64,000 bases of DNA from Rhizaria sp. SCN 62-66 (taxonomy: Eukaryota), in assembly GCA_001724265.1 (NCBI GenBank), contig MEDY01000012.1, forward strand, positions 62,001 to 126,000, read 5' to 3'. Below the pieces are notes generated by a model that had not been told where the DNA came from, searched no databases, and was given only the letters and a program-made list of their open reading frames with translations. Below, one piece after another: positions 15,001 to 25,656 of this stretch. Position 1 is the stretch's first letter. Every line of letters starts with the position of its first letter. The position numbers and the translations under genes are program-made.

Positions 15001-17146
15001 AGCGCTGAGTGAAGATGTCGCTGCGTACATGCACATGCAGCGTGATATCCGTGCGGTGTTGGCGCTTGTTGAGCGCGAGCGTCTGCGTCAGCGTTACGCA
15101 CCCGCGCACGACGACAATGGTCTGGACCTTGGTCGCGGTCAGGGCACCAACAACGATAATACTGCAGAAGATGGCACAATCGCCGTGCAGAATAAGCTCA
15201 AGGAAGCCGAGGCTCACGTCGCGGCAGTGTTGGTCGCGCTATCAGAGCAACAACAACTCATTGCCGGTCTCTCGACCGATGATGCGCACAATAGCTCTCA
15301 TTCTAACGACGAGTCATCAATCAACACTGTTGCCACCACGCGCAACACCAAGACTGCAACGGATTGCGGCAACGTTGTTAGCACTATCGCCGACACTTCT
15401 TCCCCATTCCGGCGTGCTCTCGATGATCGCTACGCGGCGCTGCCTAGTGCGGTTCGCGCTGTTCTCGGTGTTGCCACAAACACCACCGACACCGATAACT
15501 CGACGTCGAGCTCTCCTGCTCTTGCGGCGCCTTCGCTGTCGCAACAGTCTGCGAACGTGTGGAAGTCGTCTCAGCTGTCGCTGCTGTCGTCCCTGTCCTC
15601 ATTCGCATCGTCGTCACCGTTACTGTCGCCGCTCGCCAAGGCGCGTCGTGGTCTTGTACAGCGTGACCTCGCCGCGAAACTTACTGCAGCACACGGACCT
15701 CAGGAACAAGAGCAGACGTCTTCGACTGTGCAACAACCACTTCCGTCACGCATGCTTCGCACCGCTCTCTCCGCTTTTGGCAACGCCCCCGTAACGGCTC
15801 CTGCGACTCACTCTCTGTCCCAGTATCACTTTACTGACACAATTTTACCTGTGATCTCAACGATTCCCGTGATCACTGTTGCTAAAGAGCTCAAGCTCCA
15901 TTCCGATCGCATCATCGCGCTTCATCGTAGGGAGGCCAACTCTGAGACTGGCGCATCATTCTCAGTTTCCACACTGCACGCGGCTCCTACGTTCTCGCCC
16001 GTTGCCACCGCTGCTGCAGCGGCCGCAGCGGCCGTGGGAGGTAAGGCGCGTCCGGCTGCTGCCGCGAACGCCGCGGCTGCGGCTGCCGCGTCCGCACGCT
16101 CTTTCATGGGCGTCTCAACGTCTCCCGCTTCAGCGACCGCCGCAGATGACGGCGCGGAATCTGGCTACGCCTCTGGCTCCGGTTTTGCATCTGGCTCCGA
16201 CGCCGACTCGAGCATGGGCAGCGCGCTGTCGCCGGGACTGGGGGAGACGGCGCTGCGCGTGTTCGGGAACGAGCTCAACACCATCTTCAGCAGCACGCAC
16301 TCGAACGATCACAGCAAAGCGACTGCGGCCGCCGCTGCGGTTGCGACTGCGCACATGCCGGGCTTTCCCTACATCTCGCCTTCTGCAGCGGGCAAGCGTG
16401 AGTCGGAACAACATGAGCTGACCGAGCTGGGCCAGGGACCGCTGGCGATGACCGCGGCCGAGAACGCAGAGCTGCTTGAGCGCAGGCTTCGCGGGCTGGT
16501 TGATGATGATGACGGTGATTATGTCGCCGACGACATGTTCGCTGAGTTCGATGTTTCTGAGGACGACGATTTTGATCACCAACGCAGCAGCCTCAACTCT
16601 GCGCGCCGCCATTCCCACTCACCCGATCACGGCCACGCCAACTACGGTGGCAAGATCATGACCAGCAGCAGTTTCTATTCCAACAACAGGGTTCGCAGAT
16701 CTACCGAAGGCAATGTGCCGGAGCCCTTCGCTGCTCTCACGGCGCGCGAGAACTTGCAGCTCGCCCAGGCGGCGGCGATGCTGGACCACGCGAACGCTGC
16801 TCGCGACAACGGCAGCGACCGCAACAGCGGCAGCAGCGCTGGCGGGCGCGGTGGCTACCTGGCCAATGGGGTCAACGCACCGGTTGCGGCTGAGGCGGCT
16901 GCTGAGGCTGCTGTGGCCGCGGCGACTGCCGCTGCTGATGAAGTGGAGGCTGAAGCTGAGGCCGCTGCTGCGGAGGAAGAGATGAGGCGTATCGCGAACG
17001 AGTTCAACATCGACTATGCGACTGATATCACCGAAGACAGTTATAACAGTGCCCGAGTTAGCAGTCATTCTAACTTTGGGAGTCGCCGTCACGGCAGTCC
17101 GTCTAGCTTTAGCAGGTACAAGAGCAAGACACAGAAGGATGAGTAA
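2..17146 (+). CDS. Giant low-complexity protein (5' end outside window, >=5,714 aa if the TAG at 11675-11677 is read through); Ala/Ser/acidic-rich with AT-hook-like motifs; function unknown, possibly nuclear
   Basis: Frame is open from position 2. Track ORFs 14..11677 and 11708..17146 are in the same frame, separated only by TAG and 10 sense codons (CAA GAG GGC CCG TCC ACA CCG CGT GAG ATC). Ends TAA at 17144-17146, followed by an AT-rich spacer. Motifs PRGRP (~6170), GRPR (~12600), RPGRPRKP (13622-13645) and KKKRKYTKR (~14065). Confidence 0.7.
1685..1762 (+). repeat. Coding dipeptide repeat (Glu-Ala)13
   Basis: GAR-GCW hexamer units in the frame of the giant ORF. Confidence 0.9.
11675..11677 (+). 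other. In-frame TAG inside giant gene 1 (context ERMRA*QEGPS)
   Basis: GCG TAG CAA; the same frame continues for more than 1,800 codons with no compositional break. Confidence 0.75.
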
Positions 17147-17501
17147 TTCGTACGAAGAAACAAACAGTTGCTGTTGGTGTGCCCTTTGTATAAGGTAAAT
17201 TACTTGTGACAATCTATTTCAAATATTTATCTGTAACTTATTTAATTCATTACGAACGTTAACAAACGAAACAGCTATACATTAATACAGTGATTAATTG
17301 CAATGCATGTCATAGGAGGTGGGGCTGAAACAAGATGATCAAAATAGGAACCCTGAAGGGACGCATCGACTATATATTTCACTGTATTGATTGATAAGCT
17401 TACAAGACTTGGTTGAAACTACCGACCTTCATTCCAAGGTTTGATCAATGACCAAAGCCGTCGCTCCGAGGTTGAGTGGGTGTGCTGAGCAAATGAGTCT
17501 T

Positions 17502-18860
17502 TCACTTGAACTTGCGCTTCGCCTCCATCTCTTTCCTCTTCTTCTCCTCCTCACGTCCCTTGGCGATGGACTCGAATGTCGGCGCCGTCATCGCCTCCAC
17601 CCTCTTGCGCTCGACCAGCTCGGTGTACACGGCCCTGTTCTCGTCCTTGGCCTGCCGCAGCTGTTCCTTCATCACGGCCACGCGCGCCGCCTCGCGCTCC
17701 GACGCCTCGGCGTGGCGACGGCTCTGCTGCTCCACGCGCAGCGCCTCGGCGTCGCTCATGGCGCCCTTGCCCGCTGCGCCGTGGCCGAGGCGGCCCGCGG
17801 CGGCCTCGGCGCGCTCCCACTTCTCGACGTTGTAATACTTGACGTGCGGCAGCGTCGCCGTGTTGTAATCCTCGACGAACTGCGCAAACATCTCCTTCTC
17901 CTCGCGCTTGCCCAGCCGGTCGCGGCCGGATCCCTTGACCTCGACCAGCCAGAGGGAGAACTCGTCCAGCTTGCTCATCATGTCCTGCTCTTTGATGAGC
18001 CCGTAGGCGCCGTACTGCCCGTTGAGCGCAAGCGCCGTCGTCGACGGGGCTGCGGACGGGGGCCTCGACGACGAGCCGCCGTCTTTCTTGTCCTTCTTGT
18101 CCCTCTTGTCTTTCTTGTCCTTTTTGTCCTTCTTGTCGCGGCGGCGGTCGCGACTGCGGCTGCCGCTGCGACTGCGGCGACGGCGACGGCGACTACGGCT
18201 GCGGTCACTCCCGGAGTCCGATTCGGAGCCAGAACTAGAGTCCGAGTCAGAGCGACTGCGGCTGCGGCGGCTGCGGCGCTGGTGATGGTGACGGCGACTG
18301 TCACGGTCACGACTGCGGCTGCGGTCGCGGCTCCGGCTGCGGTCACGGCGACTGCGACTGTCACGGTGGTGGCGGCTGCGTCCGGGGCTACGGCTACGGC
18401 TGCGGCTACGGCTACTGTCACGGTGGCGATGGCGGCGGCTGCTGCTGCGGTCACGGTCACGGTCACTCCGATCACGATCACGATCGCGACGGTCCCGGTC
18501 CCGGTCGCGACTGCGGCTGCGGTCACGATCACGGTTGCTGCTAGCACGGTCACGGTTCCGGTCGCGACTGCGCGAGCGTGAGCGCGACCGGTCCCGGGCG
18601 CTGTCGTCGTCGCGACGATCCTTAGAGCTGACTGCAACGTCGTCGTTATTGTCGCTCGAAGTTCGCACCTCCGAGGAGGTGGCGGCGGCAACGATGGGCT
18701 TCGGCGACGCGAGCGGGACTGGGGGAGGAGACATCGGCATCAACGGGGGCGGAGAGCTAGGGGACGTATCTCCCTGGACAGGAGGCAAGTCATCCGCAGA
18801 GGCGCCCGTCTGGAGCTCCATGCTCGACTTACTTGACTGGCTGGATGGGACAGTGATCAT
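17502..18860 (-). CDS. RS/RD-repeat protein with a conserved-looking C-terminal domain (YGAYGLIKEQD...EFSLWLVEVK...EEKEMFAQFVEDYNTATLPHVKYYN); probable nuclear, RNA-processing-associated protein
   Basis: Long RS/RD dipeptide tract (~18136-18600), KKD repeats and a coiled-coil tail. The C-terminal motif resembles an uncharacterised eukaryotic 'nucleic-acid-binding' family I recall from plants and protists. Start uncertain (ATG at 18860 or 18821). Stop TGA. Confidence 0.75.
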   Translation of the reverse strand: MITVPSSQSSKSSMELQTGASADDLPPVQGDTSPSSPPPLMPMSPPPVPLASPKPIVAAATSSEVRTSSDNNDDVAVSSKDRRDDDSARDRSRSRSRSRDRNRDRASSNRDRDRSRSRDRDRDRRDRDRDRSDRDRDRSSSRRHRHRDSSRSRSRSRSPGRSRHHRDSRSRRDRSRSRDRSRSRDRDSRRHHHQRRSRRSRSRSDSDSSSGSESDSGSDRSRSRRRRRRSRSGSRSRDRRRDKKDKKDKKDKRDKKDKKDGGSSSRPPSAAPSTTALALNGQYGAYGLIKEQDMMSKLDEFSLWLVEVKGSGRDRLGKREEKEMFAQFVEDYNTATLPHVKYYNVEKWERAEAAAGRLGHGAAGKGAMSDAEALRVEQQSRRHAEASEREAARVAVMKEQLRQAKDENRAVYTELVERKRVEAMTAPTFESIAKGREEEKKRKEMEAKRKFK

Positions 18861-19315
18861 ACGATCAAGAAAGGGGATGACAGTGAGTTGCCATAGTGAA
18901 GCCAATCAAGTAATAACATAAATCAACGTTTAAAACACACATACAAAAGCGAAACACATACTTAACCATTCTTTGACGATGTATATAAGTTGGGTATTGA
19001 ATTTTCTTAACACGACCTCTTTGAGGTAACAGAACTCTATCGACTGTTCTCAAAAAATCGTAGCCAGCGGCCAAACAAAATGATTTTCCGAAGCGGGACC
19101 CCCCTGAGTAAAAGGAGACCACTTTGACGGTCATAGAGGCCTAGTTTGAAGCTGTAGTTTTTATCAAGGACAGTTTTATTGCTTTATTATTTCCTGGCAC
19201 GACGACTATCTTTGAATGGGTCACGCTTGTGCCGCTATGGAGGTGCCCTGGTGTCTCCTTTCCACTCTCGTCTCAGTCTCACTCTTTTCTCCTTGTCACC
19301 TGCCCTGTCCCGTAG

Positions 19316-20924
19316 ATGCGATCCGTCGCGTTGCTTGCGCTTTCTGCGCTTGCATTCATGGCGGTTCTGCCCATGTTCACCGTGGCTTCGCCCGGTGAGG
19401 TACGTTTCCTATCCTGCAATTCACTTCTTTGAAACCCTTGTTTTCTCTCTCCCCTCGCTTTGCTCTCTCGACCTCTTTCCTTTGCGCCACTCTGTCCGCT
19501 CACAGCAACACGCGTGCCTTATGTCTTTTCTATATACTTTTCCACGTTTGCAGCTGGGCAACGAGCTCGCTGCTGACAGCGAGTTCGACTCGATCAGCAT
19601 GTCGTATGACACGCTGTCCGCCGAGTCTGCCCCTTACTCTGCTTCGTTCGTCGAGGCCGACTCTGAGGCGTTCGCCGCCGTCGCCATCGACGCCGAGGCT
19701 CAGGCCGACTCCGAGGCTGCCGCGGACATTAACGCGCGCTTTGCCGTTGACTTCTCGCTCAACGCTGAGGCCGATGCCGACGCCGACGCCGAGTCCGAGG
19801 ACGAGCTCGCCGAGATGGCCGAGATGACCGAGGTCGACCGCGACCTCGCCGCCTTCCTCGCCCGTGATTCCTTCATCGAGTCCACCATCAACTCCAACGC
19901 CGCTCGTCGCCGCCGTGGCGGCTTCCTCCGCCGCGTCGGCCGCGCCATCCGCTGCCTCTTCCGCCGCTGCCGTCGTCGCCGTCGCCGCGGTGGCCGTGGT
20001 GGCGGTGGCCGTCGTGGACGCCGCGGACGTGCCCCGCGCGCTGCCCCCGCGCGCCCCGTCCCCGCCGCCGCGCGCCCCGTTGCCCGCCCCGCCGCGCCGC
20101 CCGCCGCGCGCCGCCCCGTTCCCCGCCGCGCACCCCCCAAGCGCGCTGCCCCCCGCCGCGCGGTCCGCCGCCATGCGCCCCGCCGCGCCGTCCGCCGTGC
20201 CGTCGCTAAGCCGCGCCGCGCGGCGCCCCGCAAGGCGGCGCCCAAGCGCGCCCGCCCGGTTCCCAAGCGCGTGCCCCCGCCGCGCAGCCGCCTGCCGAAG
20301 CGCATCCCGATGCCGAAGCCGATCAAGCCCGTGGCGCGCAAGCTGTCGCTGCCCAAGCCGCGCGTGCCTAAGCGTAAGCACCACAAGAAGCCCGTGCCCA
20401 AGCGCAAGGTCGTCCGCCGCCGCCGCCCCGCGCCGCGCCCCAAGCGTCGCGTCGTGCACAAGAAGCGCCGCACGGTGCGCCGCCGCCGCAGCAGCAACAG
20501 CGCCGCCGAGGCCGCCAAGGCTGCCGCCGCCAAGGCTGCGGCCGCCAAGGCTGCCGCTGCGATGCGCGCGGCCGCCCGGCGTGACCCGCCCTTGCCGCCG
20601 AGCCGCCGCCTGGTGAAGAAGTACCTCAAGCGGTTCGAGGATATGTACAAGATGGGCGTGTGGACGGGCGGCGCGACGCCGATCAAGCCCAAGTCTGAGT
20701 GGAAGTACTCGTTCCAGAAGGACCGCAACGGCAAGGTGGACCTCTTCATGCCCGTGCCCGACATGATGCAGTACGAGAAGAAGAACGAGGATCTGTGGAA
20801 GAACAACGTGGCCACGAACCGCAACCCGGCAGCGATTAAGCTCGTCGACTCCGTGGGTGCGAACCGCAACATGACCCGCGAGCTCTTCGACGTCTTCCCC
20901 CACCCGCTCCCCAAGCTCGACTAA
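19316..20924 (+). CDS. Secreted prepro-protein, 484 aa, join(19316..19399,19554..20924): signal peptide, acidic pro-region, RRRR, very basic Arg/Lys/Pro region, ~110-aa C-terminal domain
   Basis: Exon 1 reads MRSVALLALSALAFMAVLPMFTVASPGE (hydrophobic signal peptide). Donor GTACGT at 19400 and acceptor TTTGCAG ending 19553 give a phase-0 join into the long ORF. Stop TAA. The track start at 19179 runs through intron and UTR. Confidence 0.8.
19400..19553 (+). other. Spliceosomal intron (154 nt, GT-AG)
   Basis: GTACGT donor, pyrimidine-rich body, CAG acceptor; removing it joins the signal peptide in frame. Confidence 0.85.
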
Positions 20925-21504
20925 GTACGTGGGATTGACGCAGACACAGACGCAGACGCAGACGTAAGTGACTGAGGTCGCTGTCGCTGTTTGCTGTTTG
21001 CCGTCTCGACATGTTGTGCCGTGTTGAGACCGGTCTGAGATGGTTTTGAGGAGTTGTGGCTCCTGCTTGTTTTTATAATTGAAACACAGGAGTTGTAACG
21101 GTGAAATTAGAGTACTACGCAGAAAATAATACAAATATTTGTATTCATTCAAACTAATGCTATATTTTTTGTCTGTATCCTTGACTTTTTCAATGTTGGC
21201 ACTAGCAACCATAATCGAAATAGTGCATCACAGTAGTTGACACTGAATATAGATAGCATAGCCAATGTTTCTTGAGCATAAGATCCAATAGTCATTTCAT
21301 GAATTTATACACAAATATCAGCAGAATTAGCAGAATATTGCGGTAAAATCAACCCTCAAACGAAAAGGCCATCTGTATTGCAAAAAAATGTTGCCCATTT
21401 GACACATGAATATGTCAAACCAATAAATGTTAAGCACAACACAACCACATCAACAATCCCATTAAATTACCTCTTCCCATGCAGCCTCACCGCGCGCGCG
21501 CCGC

Positions 21505-23208
21505 TCACTTCTTGGCGAGCGCGTAAGACGAGTTGGTGCCCGCCTGGACCTTGACGATCTCCCCCGCCGGCGACATGTAGCGGCCCTTAACAAAGTCGAG
21601 CTGCATCGGCCGGTCGCGGCCCGCCGCCACGGACTCCATGCGGTCGCCGCGGCCCAGCTGGCCGTCACGCCCGCGGCCCCACACCCACAACTGGCCCAGG
21701 CCCGCGCCCGCGGCCCGCGCGCGCTCGCGCTCCGAGGCGTTCGCAGCAGCCATCGCAGCAGCGGCAGCAGGAGTAGCGGCGGAGGGTGGGAGCGCGCGGA
21801 CGATGGTGTGGCCGCCGCCGCACGCGACATCCGCGGCGCGCACGCCCTTGGCGTCCCTGAGCGAGGAGATGACGGCGGCGTTGGCGTTCTTGACTGCGCG
21901 CGTGGCGGTGCCCATCTGGCCGTCGCTGCCGAGCCCCCAGGTGAAAACGGCGCCGTCCTCGGTCACGGCCGCCGCGTGCTGCTCGCCCGCCGACACGGCC
22001 ACGACGCGGTGTCCATGCAACCCCGCCACGGGCCGCGGCGTGTACACGCAGCGGCCCGCTGTCGCCGCGCCCTGGCCCGTCTGCCCGTACGAGTCGTCGC
22101 CGCAGGAGAAGACGCGGCCGTCGGCGGTCAGGAAGAGCGAGAAGCGCTTGCCCGCGGCCACGTCGGTGACGCGCAGCCCGTCCAGCCCGCGCACACGCAC
22201 CGGCAGCTCGAACGTGCCGTTGAGCTTGCCGTTGAGCCCGCTCGCGGTGCAGTTCGCGCTGCTGCTGCTGCTGCTGATGCTGTTGACAGAGGCCGCGGCG
22301 GCGTTGCCGTGCGTAGCCCAGGTGGCCTTGTCAGTGAGACTCATGTTGCCCTGCTCGCCGAGCCCCATGGCGCCCTCTGCGTTGCTGCCGAGGGCAAACA
22401 CCTGTCCGTTCTCGGTCACGATGAGCGTGTGGTTGAGTCCACAGGCGACCTTGACTGCCCGCTGCGCGCCCAGCTCGCCGCCCGCGACGGGCCCCGGCAC
22501 GCCCGCCGTGGCCTCGGTGAACGGCCGGCCCAGCGCGCGGTTGCCCCACGTCCACACGCGGCCCTCTGCGTCGATGGCGGCCGCGTGCGACGCGCTGAGC
22601 GCCGCCGACACCACGGGCGGCAGCCCCGCGACGGGCAGCGGCGAGCGCGACAGCTCCCACCGGCGGCCCTGGCCCAGCACGTAGTTGTCGCCGCGGCCCC
22701 AGGCGTAAAGCGTGCCGTCGGCGGCGAGCGCGAGCACGGACTCGGCCGCGGCGGAGATGTCGACGAGATCGAGCTCGTCCAAGTCCGTCAGGTGGCGCGG
22801 GACGGCCTCGGACTCGGCGCTTGTCTCTGTGCCCAGCTGCCCGAACTGGTTGCTGCCCCACGCGAACACGACGTTCGGGCCAGACGCGCGGGACGCATGC
22901 GTGGCGGCGGCGGGAGCCGCGACGGACTCAGCGGTGATGGGGGCGGCGGCGGCCGCAGCGGCTACGGCGTCAGTGGACGCGGCGGAGACGGCCGCGCCGA
23001 CTGCGGGCTGGCCGCCGCCAAACGAGAACCAAGAGGAGGAGCTGGAGGCGTTGGCGTCGGAAGGAGACGAGGCGGACGCGACTGTAGTGAGCGTGGCGAG
23101 GCCGAGGAGGGCGCCGAAGAGCCCGTTGCGAGAGGAAGACGAGAAGGCCGAGCCAGAGCGGCGGCCACCGCCTGAGACGCGGGCCAGCAGAGTGCGCGAA
23201 CGGTGCAT
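21505..23208 (-). CDS. RCC1-repeat beta-propeller protein, 567 aa, probably mitochondrial (RCC1L/Fmp25-like)
   Basis: Repeated RCC1 motifs (VFAWGSNQFGQLG, VACGLNHTL, VFSCGDDSYGQTG, VFTWGLGSDGQMG, LWVWGRGRDGQLG). Arg/Ser-rich, acid-free N-terminus followed by a hydrophobic stretch. Stop TGA. Confidence 0.88.
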   Translation of the reverse strand: MHRSRTLLARVSGGGRRSGSAFSSSSRNGLFGALLGLATLTTVASASSPSDANASSSSSWFSFGGGQPAVGAAVSAASTDAVAAAAAAAPITAESVAAPAAATHASRASGPNVVFAWGSNQFGQLGTETSAESEAVPRHLTDLDELDLVDISAAAESVLALAADGTLYAWGRGDNYVLGQGRRWELSRSPLPVAGLPPVVSAALSASHAAAIDAEGRVWTWGNRALGRPFTEATAGVPGPVAGGELGAQRAVKVACGLNHTLIVTENGQVFALGSNAEGAMGLGEQGNMSLTDKATWATHGNAAAASVNSISSSSSSANCTASGLNGKLNGTFELPVRVRGLDGLRVTDVAAGKRFSLFLTADGRVFSCGDDSYGQTGQGAATAGRCVYTPRPVAGLHGHRVVAVSAGEQHAAAVTEDGAVFTWGLGSDGQMGTATRAVKNANAAVISSLRDAKGVRAADVACGGGHTIVRALPPSAATPAAAAAMAAANASERERARAAGAGLGQLWVWGRGRDGQLGRGDRMESVAAGRDRPMQLDFVKGRYMSPAGEIVKVQAGTNSSYALAKK

Positions 23209-23818
23209 GGCAGGCCTTTGTGAGGGTGCTTTTCGGGGTTAAAAACGACTACACGCAATACCGTTGGAGAAAAGTGAGATCGAGTTAGGAAGGGCGGTGG
23301 GATGGAGCAAGACTGACACGAGTGCGCAAGTCGAGTGACTAGAGGCAGGACGCCAGACTTCAAGGAGCAGCCTTGCATGGAGGCGAAGACACATGCGATT
23401 TTAATAATAGGTGAAAGCAGATCATTCACTTTTCTACCAGTAAGTTCGTTTGCAGAACTTTTAGCGAAGAATACAAGGCTTGCGAGACATCTCGGTGATC
23501 CAACTCGGAGAGGTACTTTTGGTCGCTGGGATCAGCCCGACTCACGATACACCACAAACACTTTTGGATTGTAATATTCACTTGATTTCTCCACATATCG
23601 AGGCTATCATCATCTGAGCTCAAGCAAGAACATACAAACGTATCTATGATTCCCTACAACGACGTTTTATTTGGCGATGAAACCATAACGGCCTTCATAT
23701 CTTCATTAACAATAAATACTCACTCTAAGTATAATGAGCCTCTCCGTCGTGATTGCATCCAGAGTGCCACCCTTCCCCAAGCGTGCTCGCGGCTCGCCCA
23801 CTCTGCGCAGCCACGCCC

Positions 23819-24493
23819 TCACAGTCCGAAGCCGCCCCTGCAGTTGGGCGAGCCCGGCAGCCCGTCCGCGCCCCTCTGCGCGCCCTCTTCGCTCTGCACG
23901 TACTCGGCCCACTCGGCGTCAGAGAAGAGCTGCAGTGAGAGTGCGTGGACGCCGCCCTTCAGCTGCGGCGCGAGGACCTTGGTGACGGCGCGGTGGCGGT
24001 CCACGCGGCGCGGCAGCGCGGCAAGCGCGGGAGCGGCGAGGACGACGCGGAAGTGCGTCTCGGAGTGGGCGGGCACCGAGTGCATGTGCGACTCGTTGAA
24101 CACGGTCAGGTGCGTCACGGGCGCGAAGGCCACCGTGAGTGCGGCCACGATCGACGCCTCCACGGGCGGGGCCGGGCGGGACGCCGCGGCATCAGTTGCA
24201 GGCGCAGACGCAGGCGCTGTGACGGGAGAAGGGCGGTCACACTTGGAGCTGAACAAACGCAACTGCGAGGTCAACAGAGAACGAGCACGCAATTCCGACG
24301 ACGAGAGCAAACTGCGGAAGTCGCGACTCACGTTAATGTTGCTGCTACTGTTGCTGCTGAAGCTTTTGCTGTTGCCGAGACTGCTCCTGCTGTTGCTGTT
24401 GCTGTTGCCCGTACTGGTGAAGCACAGAGGCATACACGCAGAGGCAACGCGGTGCAATGCGGCAACGCGGCGAGAAACTGTTGTGGCAAGCAT
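23819..24493 (-). CDS. bolA: BolA-family protein (BolA1-like), 224 aa, with a transit-peptide-like N-terminus
   Basis: NESHMH...SETHFRVV...RHRAV...GVHALSL core and C-terminal SPNCRGG typical of BolA1. ATG at 24493 (MLATTVSRRVAALHR). Stop TGA. Confidence 0.9.
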   Translation of the reverse strand: MLATTVSRRVAALHRVASACMPLCFTSTGNSNSNSRSSLGNSKSFSSNSSSNINVSRDFRSLLSSSELRARSLLTSQLRLFSSKCDRPSPVTAPASAPATDAAASRPAPPVEASIVAALTVAFAPVTHLTVFNESHMHSVPAHSETHFRVVLAAPALAALPRRVDRHRAVTKVLAPQLKGGVHALSLQLFSDAEWAEYVQSEEGAQRGADGLPGSPNCRGGFGL

Positions 24494-25656
24494 TGCGCGG
24501 CTATTTATGAGACACACTCGATGTCTTACGATGTGCAAGCCGTGGAGGTGAAGCCTGGAAGTCCTGTGTGCGGAAGAAGAACTGTCTACGAAGTGACAAA
24601 GATGCAGACAAACAGACACAAAACAAAGCTGGTTAAAACGCTACAGCATCGTATTACACAAGGTCGATCGACAGATGCGCGGATTTGCATTGTTTACGTT
24701 ACTGCGCCGGTCTGTCGTGCTTGTTACTGTTTTGCCACCACGAAGCGAGATGAACAGGTTGTTGCGGGGAGCAGAGAAGCAGAACAGCAATTGCGAAGCA
24801 CAAAACCACCATAAACAGACATTAAATATACACGAAATTACGGTCAAAGTTCTGCGTCCGCGACTGAGCAAGCATAAACGCTCTCAAGACAGTCATTCTG
24901 GAAAACAACTTGGCGTAGCAGATCATTCCAGAGGAAGACAAAAGATCGCGATAATAGGCACGATAGACGCACGATGCAGGAGGTATAATTAACAATCTAA
25001 AAATAAATCCATATGAAGTATCAGGATTGCATAGTCATGGGTCGATATACGAACGTTTTCTTCGCGGTTCAATCTGACCAGCGATACCCCCCCTGTCCCT
25101 GCCATCTTCGCGCTGTGGTATAGAAACAACCACATTTGAGCAACTAGACTGCTCTCGAGCGATGTTCTCCGTCGTATACATTTCGGGCCATATGTCCAAA
25201 TTTTTGCGTTGCATTTCATATAATATTCGATTTATTTATTCGCATAATCTCGCGTCTTGGTACTTTAATTCATCATATCTTGCCTGCTCTCTCGACTCCT
25301 CCCACGCCGCGCCAACTCAAGCCCCCGTACGCGTTCCACAGACGCTTCCGGGTACTTCTAACACACAGGCTTCCGCCCAATCCACGTTCTCTGACTGAGG
25401 GAGCTAACACACACAGCTAGATTGCTTTCTAGCGCTTTCCCCTGAGTCAGCGAGCCGGTTGCTTTTCTCGGTCTCCTCGTTCGGCTCTCGCACTCTCTCG
25501 CCCTCGCTCTCACGGGCAGAGCGTCTTCTCGACCTCAGCCACTTGCGCTAGCGCACCTGCTCTCGCTTGAGCCCGCGTTGCCCTTGCCCCGCACCGCATT
25601 GCACGCTCGCTTTGCCTTATCTCCGCGTTCGACGCTGAGTGACAGAGCGAGCTTTG

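Noticed and set aside
20937-20964. (GACGCA)n hexamer run after the stop codon
   Set aside because: Short 3' UTR microsatellite; no spacers, so not CRISPR-like.
19530-21212. Long antisense or alternate-frame ORFs (560 aa here; also 8566..9732, 26922..28466, 28927..30633, 44734..46152 and others)
   Set aside because: Shadow ORFs expected from high GC3 and repetitive coding sequence; no recognisable domains.
24600-25600. Possible tRNA (for example a CUA suppressor) in the longest spacer; GGTTCAA near 25066
   Set aside because: I could not build a cloverleaf by eye; a tRNAscan-SE run would be needed.
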